The notes: generated by a model not told the origin, from the letters alone. A stretch of DNA of 64,000 bases from Pirellulales bacterium (GCA_036268995.1 DATATB010000137.1:55164-119163), one strand, 5' to 3'; numbered from the stretch's first letter, positions 20,172-30,644 are shown. Numbers and translations: made by a program.

Positions 20172-20204
20172 ATCCGGGCCGGGCGCACTGCGCCCGGCCC
20201 GGAT
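20172..20204 (-). terminator. Perfect 15-bp GC-rich hairpin downstream of amt (putative terminator lacking U-tract)
   Basis: atccgggccgggcgc-act-gcgcccggcccggat, perfect palindrome 55 nt 3' of amt stop. Confidence 0.4.
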
Positions 20205-20258
20205 TGAAAGACGGCTGGCGGCGTCCCTGCCGCCTGCGTTGACGATCCGACGATCCGC

Positions 20259-21947
20259 TCACGCATCGGCCGCGTGGCCGGTGAGCGCGAAGTCGGGATA
20301 TCCGTGGGCCCCCATTTCCGGGCCGTCGAGACCGGCAATTTCCACTTCCGCCGAAACGCGCAGTGGCGTAATGAGGTTACTGAACTTGAACCAGGCAAAG
20401 GCCATCGCAAAGCCGAAGAGGGCCACGACTGCCGCATCCAATAGCTGGGCATAAAGCTGCGTGGCATCCCCGAAGAGAATGCCGCGCACGCCGTCGCTGC
20501 CATATTTGGTAACCATGTCCTCGCGGACGATCCCATTGAGGCCGGCGCCATACTTGCCATTGGCGAAGATGCCTACCGCGATGAGCCCCCACAAGCCATT
20601 GACGCCGTGAACCGAAATTGCGCCGACCGGATCGTCGACGCCGATGCGGTCCCAGAAAAAGACGCTGACTACTACGAACACGCCGGCCAGCGCGCCGATC
20701 AGTGCCGCCGCCCAGCTATCCACGAAGGCGCACGGTGCGGTAATGGCCACCAGCCCGGCTAGCATGCCGTTGCAGAGCATCGAGGGATCGGGCTTCATTC
20801 CTTGAACCATCAAAAACACCATCGTGGAGATGGCGCCCGTGATGCTGGCCAGCATCGTGTTGACGACGACTGTGGAGATCCGCAGATCCGTGCCGGCCAA
20901 GGTCGACCCGGGATTGAACCCGAACCAGCCGAAGGCCAGGATGAACGTGCCCACCACGACCATCGGGATATTGTGCCCAGGCATGGCCTGCGGTTTTCCA
21001 TTGATGTATTTGCCGATGCGTGGGCCGATCACAATTCCACCGGCCAGTGCGATGACACCGCCCATGGCATGGACCACGCCCGAGCCGGCAAAATCGATCG
21101 CTCCGTGCCCCAGGCCCCAGTTCTTGCCGGCCTGTGCCAGCCAGCCGCCGCCCCAGACCCAGTTGGCGAAGATGCAATACGGCAGGGCCACCCAGATTGC
21201 GTAAAGGCAAAAGTTCTTCCAACTCCACCGCTCGGCCATCGTCCCGGTGGGAATCGTGGCAGTGGTATCCATGAAGACCATCATGAAGAAGAACAACGCC
21301 ATGACGCTCACGTCGTCGATGCCAGCGAGGAAGAAGCCCTTGGTGCCGAGGATGCCATAGGCGCCGTCGCCCAGCGAGATACCCGAATTGAGCACCGAGA
21401 GGCCCGGCCCCAGCGGCGAGTACCAGCCTCCGGGCACCGGCCCATTGAACCAGTTGCCCCAGCCCAAGGCGAAGCCGTAAGCCCAGAAGGCGATACAGCC
21501 CAAGGGGTAGACCATGAAGTTCATGGCCATGGTATGGGCCGAGTTCTTGGCGCGGCATAGCCCGGCCTCGACCATCGCGAAGCCGGCCTGCATGAACATC
21601 ACCAGGAACCCGGCGATCACCGTCCACATCATATTGATCGAGAACAGGTTGTGAACGATCCGATCGTAGAGGTTCGCGGGCGTCAGCTTGCTGGGATCAC
21701 CATCGCCCGCAGGCGGCGGACCCTCTGTGTACGAAGGCGTGGTCCAGACGCCGGCATTGCCGCCGGCGGGATCAGGCCACTTTTTCGGATCCGCGCCTGA
21801 GTAGTAATCCGGTATCGGCGACGCAGCGGTTTCAGCCGGCGACGACGGCGGGGTTTCTACGCCTTTTTCTTGGGCCCATGAAACATGGGCTGGACCGAAC
21901 AACAGACCGAACAAGACCAGCGTGCGAAACAGGGTTGGCAGCCTCAT
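20259..21947 (-). CDS. amt: Ammonium transporter (Amt family) with N-terminal signal peptide/extension
   Basis: 562 aa; Amt signatures (DFAGSGVVHAMGG, GFNPGS, twin His region); ATG at 21947. Confidence 0.9.
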   Translation of the reverse strand: MRLPTLFRTLVLFGLLFGPAHVSWAQEKGVETPPSSPAETAASPIPDYYSGADPKKWPDPAGGNAGVWTTPSYTEGPPPAGDGDPSKLTPANLYDRIVHNLFSINMMWTVIAGFLVMFMQAGFAMVEAGLCRAKNSAHTMAMNFMVYPLGCIAFWAYGFALGWGNWFNGPVPGGWYSPLGPGLSVLNSGISLGDGAYGILGTKGFFLAGIDDVSVMALFFFMMVFMDTTATIPTGTMAERWSWKNFCLYAIWVALPYCIFANWVWGGGWLAQAGKNWGLGHGAIDFAGSGVVHAMGGVIALAGGIVIGPRIGKYINGKPQAMPGHNIPMVVVGTFILAFGWFGFNPGSTLAGTDLRISTVVVNTMLASITGAISTMVFLMVQGMKPDPSMLCNGMLAGLVAITAPCAFVDSWAAALIGALAGVFVVVSVFFWDRIGVDDPVGAISVHGVNGLWGLIAVGIFANGKYGAGLNGIVREDMVTKYGSDGVRGILFGDATQLYAQLLDAAVVALFGFAMAFAWFKFSNLITPLRVSAEVEIAGLDGPEMGAHGYPDFALTGHAADA

Positions 21948-22577
21948 CAGTTGGACTCTCTATAAGGGGTGTGTGCGCGGAAGCCGACAGGCAGCGATCT
22001 GGCCATGAGCGCTGCCGTAGGCTTCAAAAAAATTGACCAAACCGGGCGTACGAGCCTGTCTGTCACCGACATGCACTCGCGGAGAGAACATCTGGGAGGC
22101 GGCCGTGTGGCAAAGCTGGGTGGGCATCGCCTAACCGCCAGAGTTCTCGCGCCGTATTCGGCTGGCACGACGCGCACGTGCGATGCGAATCGCTGTCTCA
22201 TTTCCGGAAGTTGCCACCGGATCCGAGGGCCAACCAGCACTTGGTTTTTCGCGATAGCAGCCCTTGTGCCAAGCTTGCCGCTTTAGGGGGAGCCGGTGAC
22301 TGCCATTGGGTGGTGCCGATCGCCGTAACACTTTGGTTTCATGGCACATAGCGATCGCTGAGTCTTGTAAGCCTGTACCAGCAAAAAAGTCGATTTTGCC
22401 GAGCGGCGCGAAAGGTGGCGAAGCGGCCGTCGCGCCTTTAAGCATGGCCCGCAAGATTTTTAAGCACCGGCAACACATCGCCACGGCGGGCTCTAGACGT
22501 GGAGCCCAAAGGGCATATAACACGCAGAACCAGGCGCGGGCTGGCTAAGGCGGCCACAACATTCTGAGAACCGCACC

Positions 22578-24017
22578 ATGCGTTATCTCGTGTTCTTTGC
22601 GGTACTGGCCGGCGGCTGCACCTGGACGACGCTTGCCTCCGCCGAGGGGCCGGCACCGCTCGATTCGGCGGCCGAAGAGCTGCGCCTGGGCACCCAATTG
22701 CCGGCCCTCAGCGTCTTGCCGTTTGCCGGCATGTTGGCCGCCATTGCGCTGCTGCCGCTGGCGGCCGGGCATTGGTGGGAGAAAAACCGCAACAAGTTTC
22801 TCGTCTCGCTCGTGCTGGGACTTCCCGTCGCGGCGTATCTGATCGTGGGCTGGCAGCAGGAAGGCCTGCACGAACTGGCGCATACCGCGCGCGAATATCT
22901 TTCGTTCATCATTCTGTTGGCGGCGCTGTTCGTCGCCAGCGGCGGCATTCACGTTCGCGGATCGCTAGCCGGCACGCCGGCGGTCAACACGTTCATGCTC
23001 GGTTGCGGCGCCGTGCTGGCCAACTTCGTCGGCACGACCGGCGCCTCGATGCTGCTCGTGCGGCCGATGCTCAAAGCGAATCACGCGCGACGACAACAGG
23101 CCCACGTGTTCGTGTTTTTTATCTTCATCGTCTCCAACTGCGGCGGCGTGCTCACGCCGTTGGGCGATCCGCCGCTGTTTCTTGGCTTTCTCAATGGCGT
23201 TCCCTTCGGCTGGACGCTGCGGCTCTGGCCGCAGTGGTTGCTGGTCAACGCCTCGCTGCTGGTGATCTTCAACGTCTGGGACCGGGTGCTGTTGGCTCGC
23301 GAAGAGCGGCAGCGGCCGGCCTCGCACCTGGAACAAGCGATTCACGAGCACGAGCCGCTGCGGATCGAAGGCCTGCACAATCTGCTGCTGCTGGCCGGCA
23401 TCGTGGTCGTGATCTATTCGGCCGGCACGGGGCTGGGCAATGCCGGCCAGGCGTGGCCGTTTGGCGTGCAGGAAGTGCTGATGCTCGCGCTGGCTGCCGC
23501 GTCGTGGTTCACCACGTCGGCCGCTCTGCACCAGAGCAATCGGTTCAGCTTCGGGCCGATCGTGGAAGTCGCCGTGCTGTTCGCCGGCATCTTCGTCACG
23601 ATGACTCCCGCGCTGTTGATCCTGAACGTGCGCGGCGCGGCACTGGGCATTCGCGAGCCGTGGCAATTTTTTTGGGCCTCCGGCGGCCTCTCCAGCTTTC
23701 TCGACAATGCGCCGACCTATCTGGCGTTTGCCGCCACGGCGTGCGGTATTCACGATGTGCCGCTGTATGGCCGATACCTCGCCACGCTGCTGGCCTCGCC
23801 AGATGCCGCCGGCGCGGCCGCAACCTTGGCGGCCATTTCCTGCGGCGCGGTGTTTATGGGCGCCAACAGTTACATCGGCAACGGACCGAACTTTATGGTC
23901 AAAGCCATCGCCGAAGAACATGGCGTCCGCATGCCCGGCTTTTTCGGATACATACTCTATTCCGGCGCGATCCTGCTGCCGCTGTTCGCGTTGGTCACGT
24001 TCGTTTTCTTTCGATAG
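22578..24017 (+). CDS. Putative Na+/H+ antiporter NhaD / ArsB-type permease (ion transporter superfamily)
   Basis: 479 aa polytopic membrane protein, two-repeat architecture typical of ArsB/NhaD/CitMHS permeases. Confidence 0.55.
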   Translation: MRYLVFFAVLAGGCTWTTLASAEGPAPLDSAAEELRLGTQLPALSVLPFAGMLAAIALLPLAAGHWWEKNRNKFLVSLVLGLPVAAYLIVGWQQEGLHELAHTAREYLSFIILLAALFVASGGIHVRGSLAGTPAVNTFMLGCGAVLANFVGTTGASMLLVRPMLKANHARRQQAHVFVFFIFIVSNCGGVLTPLGDPPLFLGFLNGVPFGWTLRLWPQWLLVNASLLVIFNVWDRVLLAREERQRPASHLEQAIHEHEPLRIEGLHNLLLLAGIVVVIYSAGTGLGNAGQAWPFGVQEVLMLALAAASWFTTSAALHQSNRFSFGPIVEVAVLFAGIFVTMTPALLILNVRGAALGIREPWQFFWASGGLSSFLDNAPTYLAFAATACGIHDVPLYGRYLATLLASPDAAGAAATLAAISCGAVFMGANSYIGNGPNFMVKAIAEEHGVRMPGFFGYILYSGAILLPLFALVTFVFFR

Positions 24018-24043
24018 CGGACGGCCCTCGAAGCAGTGCCCGC

Positions 24044-25174
24044 ATGACCGCCGAACCTGCCGCCTCCAGCACCGGGCCTGTGGCCGACGAACCGCTGTCG
24101 GGCACGTTGCACGTACACGTGGCGCTGGACTGGGGCGACGAAGTGGATCTGGCGCAGGCCCGGCAATTGGTGCCCGGCGAGTGGCTGACCCTGGCGCGAC
24201 GCTCGCGCACGCCGTCGTCGATCACCTATCGACCGACCCCGCTGCGCTGCCAACTGGCGCCCGTGGCGTTGGAATTGCCCGAACTGGGCGTGGTCGAAGC
24301 GAGCGCGGACGCCACGGTGTTCGACTTTGCCGCGGTGAGCCTGGCCTTGCACTTGCCGTTTCGGCTCAGACCGTCGGAGATTTCAAGACTGGCCGGCGAG
24401 CTGTCCGCGCCGGAATCCATTGTCGCCGCCGCGGTCAAGGCGGCCGGTCCGCTCAACCAACGGCTCTTGCCGGCCATCGAGCAGCCGAATTGGAGCGAGC
24501 TGAGCGAAGAATATTTTGTTTTTCACTTCGACCCCGATCAACCCGGCGTGCAGCCATCGCGGCTGCTGGGCGAGCAATCGGCCTGGGCGGCCGGCCTGGT
24601 GCGGTTGGAAGATCAGCCGCTGAGCACCGACGAAGTGGCCGAGGCCTTGCGGCTGCGCATCAGCTACACGCCGCAAGATGTATTTGTGCCCGAATGGTCG
24701 GCCGCCCTGTTGGTTGACCGCGACTGCGACGAGACCTTGCAGACGATCGCGTTTGCGAATTTGCAGTTGCTCGAGTTCCGGCACATCGACAACCGGCTCG
24801 ACGACCGGCTGGCGCGCGCCTATCGCTTTATTCGGCCGCTGTCCAACCGCTGGCTCCCCTTCTGGCGGCGCCCCGGCCGGCAGCTTCGCGAGCTGGGCGA
24901 GCTGCGCATGGAAGTACACGACGTGTACGAGCGCACGGGCAACGTGCTGAAGCTCGTGGGCGACCCGTACCTGGCGCGCGTCTACCATTTGTTGACGACG
25001 CGATTTCATCTGCAAGAGTGGCGGCAGAATATCCAGGAGGCGCTCGAGGTGGCGGAAAACGCCTACCAGGTCATCTCCGATCAAAGCGCCGTCACGCGCA
25101 CCGAAACACTGGAGTGGATCGTAATCATGTTGATTGCGTTCGAAGTCGCGATGGCGCTGGTGCGGCCGAAATAA
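24044..25174 (+). CDS. Hypothetical protein with C-terminal transmembrane helix
   Basis: ATG at 24044, in frame with the 3' part of listed ORF 22772..25174; C-terminal TM (LEWIVIMLIAFEVAMALV); 376 aa. Confidence 0.5.
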   Translation: MTAEPAASSTGPVADEPLSGTLHVHVALDWGDEVDLAQARQLVPGEWLTLARRSRTPSSITYRPTPLRCQLAPVALELPELGVVEASADATVFDFAAVSLALHLPFRLRPSEISRLAGELSAPESIVAAAVKAAGPLNQRLLPAIEQPNWSELSEEYFVFHFDPDQPGVQPSRLLGEQSAWAAGLVRLEDQPLSTDEVAEALRLRISYTPQDVFVPEWSAALLVDRDCDETLQTIAFANLQLLEFRHIDNRLDDRLARAYRFIRPLSNRWLPFWRRPGRQLRELGELRMEVHDVYERTGNVLKLVGDPYLARVYHLLTTRFHLQEWRQNIQEALEVAENAYQVISDQSAVTRTETLEWIVIMLIAFEVAMALVRPK

Positions 25175-25416
25175 AATTGGCGAAAGCTCGCATTTTCAGC
25201 GCGCGCTGGTGCCGAATGTTCGCGTTGCGCCAGATGCGATGGTGTCTGAAAGGTTTGTGAAAATCTTCACGCCGGCCGTGCCACGCCTTTTCCTCCTGGA
25301 TTAAACCGGGGCGGGCGCCTATCCTTTCTTCGGCGGCCGGACCGTGCGCACTGCTTGTCGAGCACCGGCCGCCGACGTTTCGCACGCCACCCGCCCGCAG
25401 TCACACAGCGCTCGCC

Positions 25417-25998
25417 ATGCCGCGTCTCCGCATTATTGCCGCCGACGATGATCCCGATATTCGCAGCTATTACAACCAAATGCTCGCGCATTTGGGCCAC
25501 GAGGCCGTGGCCATCGTGTCCACCGGCACCCAACTCGTCGAGCAGTGCCGGCACCTGGATCCCGACCTGATCATCACCGACATCAAGATGCCCGACATGG
25601 AGGGGATCGAGGCGGCCCATAAGGTTTATCACGACAAGCCGCGCCCGATTATCCTGGTGTCCGGCGTGTACGATCCGAAGGCTTTCGAGCGGGCCATGGC
25701 CGATCAGATTGTCGGCTACCTGATTAAGCCGATCACGCGCGATGCCTTGCGCGAGCAGATCGAATTGGTGATGCAGCGCTACGGCGAATTTACCATCGTC
25801 CGCGAGCAATCCACGCAATTTCGCCAGGCCTTGCGGGACCGCAAGATCGTGGAGCGGGCCAAATCGCTGCTGATGCGTTCCAACCAATTATGCGAAGCCG
25901 ACGCCTTTCAGCGCTTGCAGGATCTGGCCCGGCAGAGTAATCAAAAGATCGCCACTGCCGCCCAAATGCTCGTCGCGGCCGCCGACGCCAGCCGTTGA
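25417..25998 (+). CDS. Response regulator with ANTAR RNA-binding antiterminator domain (AmiR/NasT-like)
   Basis: 193 aa; receiver domain (IIAADDDPD...DLIITDIKMPDMEG) followed by ANTAR helix (IVERAKSLLMRSNQLCEADAFQRLQDLARQSNQKI). Confidence 0.8.
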   Translation: MPRLRIIAADDDPDIRSYYNQMLAHLGHEAVAIVSTGTQLVEQCRHLDPDLIITDIKMPDMEGIEAAHKVYHDKPRPIILVSGVYDPKAFERAMADQIVGYLIKPITRDALREQIELVMQRYGEFTIVREQSTQFRQALRDRKIVERAKSLLMRSNQLCEADAFQRLQDLARQSNQKIATAAQMLVAAADASR

Positions 25999-26048
25999 TT
26001 CGCGCTTGGGGCCGGCTGGCCTCAAACTTCGAATTCAATAGGACGCCG

Positions 26049-27359
26049 ATGAACATCGCTCGACGCCACGGGTTCTGGCACCTGGGTTGGTTTGTGCTGC
26101 TGGCCGCGGCCGGCTCTCATACGCTGCTGGCCGACGACTGGCCGCAGTGGCGCGGGCCGCGCGGCGACAGCACTAGCCAGGAACAAAATCTGCCGCTGGT
26201 CTGGAACGATGATCGCGGCATTGCCTGGAAGGTCGAATTGCCCGGCTGGGGCAACAGCACACCGGCCATTTGGCGCGGCGATTTGTTCGTCACCACGCAG
26301 GACGAAGATCGGCTGCTGCTCCTGCGCCTGGCAAAGAAAACCGGCAAAGTGCTGTGGACCCAGCAGGTGGGCACGGCCGTCACGCCGCGCGAGGCCGAAA
26401 AACGCAGCGTGCAAAAGTTCCATCAGTTGCACAACAACGCCAGTCCCTCGCCCACGACCGACGGCCAGGTCGTGATCGCGCACTTTGGCAATGGCGACCT
26501 GGCAGCCTACGATTTTTCGGGCAAGCAGTTGTGGCGCCATAATCTGCAAGAGACGTTCGGCCCTTACAGCATCTGGTGGGGTCACGCCAACAGCCCGGTA
26601 CTGTTCGGCAATCTCGTGATCTGCGTCTGCATGCAGGACTCGCTGGCCGACAAGGCGGAAAAACCGGCGGACAGCTATCTCGTGGCTTTCGACAAGCAAT
26701 CCGGCAAGCAGGTCTGGAAGACCTTGCGCATGACCGGCGCCGAAGCCGAGCAGGGCGACAGTTACACCACACCGATCGTACACGCCGCATCTACGCCGCC
26801 GGAATTGCTCGTGATGGGCGGCAACCAACTCGATGCGTACGACCCGGCCACCGGCAAGCAGCTTTGGTTCTTGAAGGGCATTGTCGGCGGACGCACCATC
26901 ACCGGTCCGGCTCTGGGCCCCGAACTGGCCTATGTCACCGAGGGCATGCGTGGCGAACTGCTGGCCGTCAAGCTGGGCGGAACCGGCGAGCTGACTCCAC
27001 GCTCGATCGCCTGGCGCTACGATTCGAACACGCCCGACACCTGCTGCCCGGTGATCTCCGAGAACTTACTCTTCACAATCAGCGACAACGGCATCGCCAT
27101 GTGCTTCGACGCCCGCACGGGCCGCGCGTATTGGAAGCAGCGGATGGCCGGCAACTACAAAGCCTCGCCGATCGCGGCCGACGGCCGGGTTTATTTTCTG
27201 AATATGCGCGGGCTGTGTACCGTCGTTTCGGCCAGCGACCGTTTTGATAAGCTGGCCACGAACCAGCTCGACGACCAGACCCTTGCCTCGCCCGCCATCT
27301 CCGACGGCCGCATCTATCTGCGTGGCGAGAAGCATCTGTATTGCATCGAGAAGCGGTAG
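26049..27359 (+). CDS. Secreted PQQ-like beta-propeller repeat protein (BamB/PQQ-repeat family)
   Basis: Signal peptide starting at MNIARRHGFWHLGWFVLLAAAGS; repeated W..G....S.P-type propeller blades (DWPQWRG, LWT, QLWRHNL, QVWK, QLWF, AYWKQ); the ORF table start 25995 overlaps the upstream gene. Confidence 0.7.
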   Translation: MNIARRHGFWHLGWFVLLAAAGSHTLLADDWPQWRGPRGDSTSQEQNLPLVWNDDRGIAWKVELPGWGNSTPAIWRGDLFVTTQDEDRLLLLRLAKKTGKVLWTQQVGTAVTPREAEKRSVQKFHQLHNNASPSPTTDGQVVIAHFGNGDLAAYDFSGKQLWRHNLQETFGPYSIWWGHANSPVLFGNLVICVCMQDSLADKAEKPADSYLVAFDKQSGKQVWKTLRMTGAEAEQGDSYTTPIVHAASTPPELLVMGGNQLDAYDPATGKQLWFLKGIVGGRTITGPALGPELAYVTEGMRGELLAVKLGGTGELTPRSIAWRYDSNTPDTCCPVISENLLFTISDNGIAMCFDARTGRAYWKQRMAGNYKASPIAADGRVYFLNMRGLCTVVSASDRFDKLATNQLDDQTLASPAISDGRIYLRGEKHLYCIEKR

Positions 27360-27630
27360 CGCGGGCCGCGGCGAATTGCACATGTTCACCGGCCGTGGGC
27401 GCATCACCGTAGCCGTCTCGCTCCGCGAGACGAGCCCGCGCAACTCGGCTCGACGCTGGGATGGTCGGTGGTGATGTCCTTCATCCCGGCGGAGCGGGAT
27501 GTCTACCCGATATTGCCCGCCCAAATACCCATACAGTGGGTTGCTTTTAAACAGAATTTATAGCAATCGGCCAGCGGCCCAATTATCGTGTTAGATTGAC
27601 GTTATAGGGCTGACCATACACGACACCGAG

Positions 27631-27984
27631 ATGAACAACATGGCGAGAGCAAAATCCACGACCAGTAAGTCTGCCGCAGTCCGTGATGCACTGGCCGCAA
27701 CCCCCGACAAATCCGCTGCCGAGATTGCCAAGGAAATCGGCGTGACGCCGGGGCTGGTTTACAACATCAAGGCGAAGCTGAAGCATAAAGGTGGCAAGGC
27801 CGCGAAGAAGCCAGGACGCAAAACAAGACGCAAACCGGGCCGGAAGGCCGGTTCGAAGTCGGCGGCGCCGGTATCGGCCCACGCGGCCCTGGACAACGCC
27901 TTCGAGTTTGTCATGAAAGTCGGCGGCCTGCTGCACGCCGAACAATTGATCGACAAGCTCAAGAGCATCAAAGAGCGGCTCTAG
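27631..27984 (+). CDS. Small basic HTH-like protein (Lys/Arg-rich tail), hypothetical
   Basis: 117 aa; putative HTH SAAEIAKEIGVTPGLVYNI; KKPGRKTRRKPGRKAGSK basic tract. Confidence 0.45.
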   Translation: MNNMARAKSTTSKSAAVRDALAATPDKSAAEIAKEIGVTPGLVYNIKAKLKHKGGKAAKKPGRKTRRKPGRKAGSKSAAPVSAHAALDNAFEFVMKVGGLLHAEQLIDKLKSIKERL

Positions 27985-27987
27985 AGG

Positions 27988-28052
27988 CGGTCAGTTGTCA
28001 GTGGTCAGTTGCCTGCAACGGGCCACGGACAACTGACAACGGACCACTGACC
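27988..28052. terminator. Long imperfect inverted repeat built from heptamer units (tcagttg/tcagtgg); putative bidirectional terminator between convergent genes
   Basis: ggtcagttgtcagtggtcagttg ... caactgacaacggaccactgacc between stop of 27631..27984(+) and stop of 28054..29901(-). Confidence 0.35.
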
Positions 28053-28053
28053 A

Positions 28054-29901
28054 TCATTCGGGCTGGCTTCGAACCGTGGCCAGGATCAGTTTCTCGCGCG
28101 CCTGCAATAGCCGGCCTTGCCGCGCGATCGCGAAGCGGTAAATGCCGGCGACCGCGCCCAGCTCCGCCATGGCCAGCAGCATGCAAAGGGGATAGCCGCT
28201 GCCAAAGCCCAATTGCTGCGCGATCAGCTTGATTCCCATCGGCAACAGCAGCGGCGCCATCGTCAGCGGAAAAACCACCATCACGAATCCGAGTTGCAGC
28301 AGCACGGCCACGGCGCTGGGCTTGGCTCCGCGCAGCGCGCCGGCCGGTATCCGCACCGGCGCGAGGATCGACATCCAGTTGGCCAGCAGGCAAAACAGCA
28401 AGTACATTGAGACGTACTGCGGCACGAGCGCCAACAGGTAGTCGAGGCCCATCGGCGCAGCGAACTGCAAAATCGCCGCCGCCACCAGTCCGATGCCGAG
28501 CACGACGGGCGCCGGTGCCAGGTTCTTTCCAAATAGTATGTCTTGCCGACGGACTCCGGACAGCACAAATGCCTGGAAGCCGCCGCGGTCGAGCCCGAAC
28601 TGATTGCCGGCCAGTTGGAGCATGCCCATCAGGATGACGGCCATGATTCCGAACGCCAGTAGCGGCGAAGCGGCGTCGAAACTGCGCGCGGCACCGCCGA
28701 AGGCAACGCCCATGATGACCAGCATCATGACCCAGCTGAGCAGCATGATCCGGACTTCCGGCGCGCGGGCAAAGGACCGGAAGGTGGCCAGCGCCACGGC
28801 CGAAGTTGGTTCCGAAAGCCACGGAAGCCGCTTTTCGAGCAGATGCGACGTCGCCGGGGCCGCCACGCGCGGCACGGCTGCGGCCGTTCGCTTGCGCCCG
28901 GCGGTGAAGTCGCCCGTGTAGATTCGCAGCGTGGTGCGGTAGGAGCGCCAGAGGCTGAGCGTGCCGATCGCGGCCATGCCCAGCATTGCCAACAGCGGCG
29001 GCAGCAGCCGCCCTTCGGCCGCGGCCGATGCGCCCAGCGGCAGCCAGCCCGGCGGCAGCAGCAGATTGGCCAGCCGCGTGTTGCCGGCCCACCACTCGGA
29101 CCGCTGCTGGTCGACCTCCGCGATTCTGGCTTCCCGCTCGTGCTGGGCTGCTTCCCACTGCCGGATGTACTCTGGGTAGGCCATCTTGTGCTGCTCGAGC
29201 AATTTGTCGAGTTCGCCGCGGCGATCGACCAGTCGCATGATCTGCTCGTCCGGACCGTGATGCGAGAGCATGTTGAACAGGTTCGGCAATTGCGCTAGCA
29301 GCACGAACGTAATGGTTATCAAGGCTATGATCGTGCGCCGCCGGCGCTGGTTGACCATCACCGACGCCAGCCAACCTTGAAGCTGATGCGTGACCGCCGT
29401 GACCATCAATAGAAACGCCACCACGAGTGGCACCAGCAGCAGCATGGTGGGTCCGCGCGCCACGGCCAGCCCCAGGCTCAAGCCAAGCGCCGAGGGCACG
29501 AACACGAGCAACGTCAGGTTCAGCAGCGAGCTGAGATAATTGATGACAAACGCGCTGCTGAGCGAGACGGGCAAATGCAGAAACTTGTCGAGCGAGAGCG
29601 CCTCGGAACGTTGCAGCTCGGCCAGCAGGCCGGCGGTCCAGATAAACAAAAAGACCACGACCGCGCCGTCCCACGTATACATGAGGACCAGCGGAGAAGC
29701 CTCCTCCGGTATCAGCATCCCGGCCAAGAAGAGCCCGACGAACAAGCCCAGGGCCGTCAGAGCCGCCAGCACGCCCAGCACCGTTTGCAGCACTTTGCTG
29801 GTGAGCCCGCCGCGCTGGAGATGATTGACGCGCAGCCGCCAGCGCAACCAGAAGAAGGCCCGAAAATGCGCCCAATTCACGGAGCACTCTCCTCGAGCCA
29901 C
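28054..29901 (-). CDS. ABC transporter permease (ABC-2 type, multi-pass)
   Basis: 615-aa polytopic membrane protein translationally coupled downstream of an ABC ATPase. Confidence 0.6.
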   Translation of the reverse strand: MARGECSVNWAHFRAFFWLRWRLRVNHLQRGGLTSKVLQTVLGVLAALTALGLFVGLFLAGMLIPEEASPLVLMYTWDGAVVVFLFIWTAGLLAELQRSEALSLDKFLHLPVSLSSAFVINYLSSLLNLTLLVFVPSALGLSLGLAVARGPTMLLLVPLVVAFLLMVTAVTHQLQGWLASVMVNQRRRRTIIALITITFVLLAQLPNLFNMLSHHGPDEQIMRLVDRRGELDKLLEQHKMAYPEYIRQWEAAQHEREARIAEVDQQRSEWWAGNTRLANLLLPPGWLPLGASAAAEGRLLPPLLAMLGMAAIGTLSLWRSYRTTLRIYTGDFTAGRKRTAAAVPRVAAPATSHLLEKRLPWLSEPTSAVALATFRSFARAPEVRIMLLSWVMMLVIMGVAFGGAARSFDAASPLLAFGIMAVILMGMLQLAGNQFGLDRGGFQAFVLSGVRRQDILFGKNLAPAPVVLGIGLVAAAILQFAAPMGLDYLLALVPQYVSMYLLFCLLANWMSILAPVRIPAGALRGAKPSAVAVLLQLGFVMVVFPLTMAPLLLPMGIKLIAQQLGFGSGYPLCMLLAMAELGAVAGIYRFAIARQGRLLQAREKLILATVRSQPE

Positions 29902-30644
29902 GGTAGCTTGTGGACGGCTTCGACGTCGGCCCCGACTTTGGCCAGGAAGCGATCTTCAAGCGAGCCCGCCTGGCGGATTTCCTCCAGCGCCACCTGCTCG
30001 ACCAGGCGTCCCTTGACGATCATGCCGACGTGCGAACAGAGTTTTTCCACGATCTCCAGGATGTGCGTCGTGAGGAACACGGTCGACCCGCGGGCCACGT
30101 AGTTCTTGAGCAGGTCGCGGATCACGCGCGAGGTCACGGCATCGACGCCTTCGAACGGCTCGTCGAGGAACAGCAAGTCGGGGTTCGGCAGCAGGGCGGC
30201 GGCCAGGGCCAGCTTCTTCTTCATGCCGTGCGAGTAATCGAGCGTGAGCTTCTTTTCTTCGTCCCCGAGATCCAGCAGCGGCAGCAGGTCGCCGATGCGG
30301 CTGCGGATCGTGTCCAGCGGCATGCAGTGCATGCGGCCGATGAAGGTCAGATACTCGCGGGCCGTGAGATAATCGAACAGGGCCAGATCCTCGGGAATCA
30401 CGCCCATGTGGCGTTTGGCTTCGAGCGACTGGTCCGGATCGAGCATGTTGTGCCCGAGCACCAGGATCTCGCCGCGCGAGGGGGCGAGCAGGCCGGTGAG
30501 CATTTTAATGGTTGTCGACTTGCCCGCCCCGTTGGGTCCCAGAAAGCCGTAAAATGTGCCGCGCTCCACGCGCAATTCCAGATGGTCGACCGCGCGAAAA
30601 TCGTCAAAATTGCGCGTCAGGCCGTGCGTTTCGATTGCCAGGCT
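29877..30644 (-). CDS. ABC transporter ATP-binding protein
   Basis: Walker A GPNGAGKST, signature YSHGMKKKL, Walker B LLFLDEP; ATG start at MSLAIETHG (30644); the listed 30686 start is a TTG. Confidence 0.85.
   Translation of the reverse strand, partial: SLAIETHGLTRNFDDFRAVDHLELRVERGTFYGFLGPNGAGKSTTIKMLTGLLAPSRGEILVLGHNMLDPDQSLEAKRHMGVIPEDLALFDYLTAREYLTFIGRMHCMPLDTIRSRIGDLLPLLDLGDEEKKLTLDYSHGMKKKLALAAALLPNPDLLFLDEPFEGVDAVTSRVIRDLLKNYVARGSTVFLTTHILEIVEKLCSHVGMIVKGRLVEQVALEEIRQAGSLEDRFLAKVGADVEAVHKLPWLEESAP

Noticed and set aside
21948-22577. Candidate sigma-54 (-24/-12) element TGGCACATAGCGATCGC and short ORFs in the amt upstream region
   Set aside because: The spacing and the -12 element (no TTGC at correct distance) do not fit the consensus, and it is on the wrong strand for amt. 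The short ORFs (21969..22286, 22131..22523) lack coding signal.
22772-24043. 5' two-thirds of listed 800-aa ORF 22772..25174
   Set aside because: It overlaps the NhaD-like transporter gene (22578..24017) in another frame with an Arg/Ala-rich junk translation. Only the 3' portion from ATG 24044 is a plausible independent gene.
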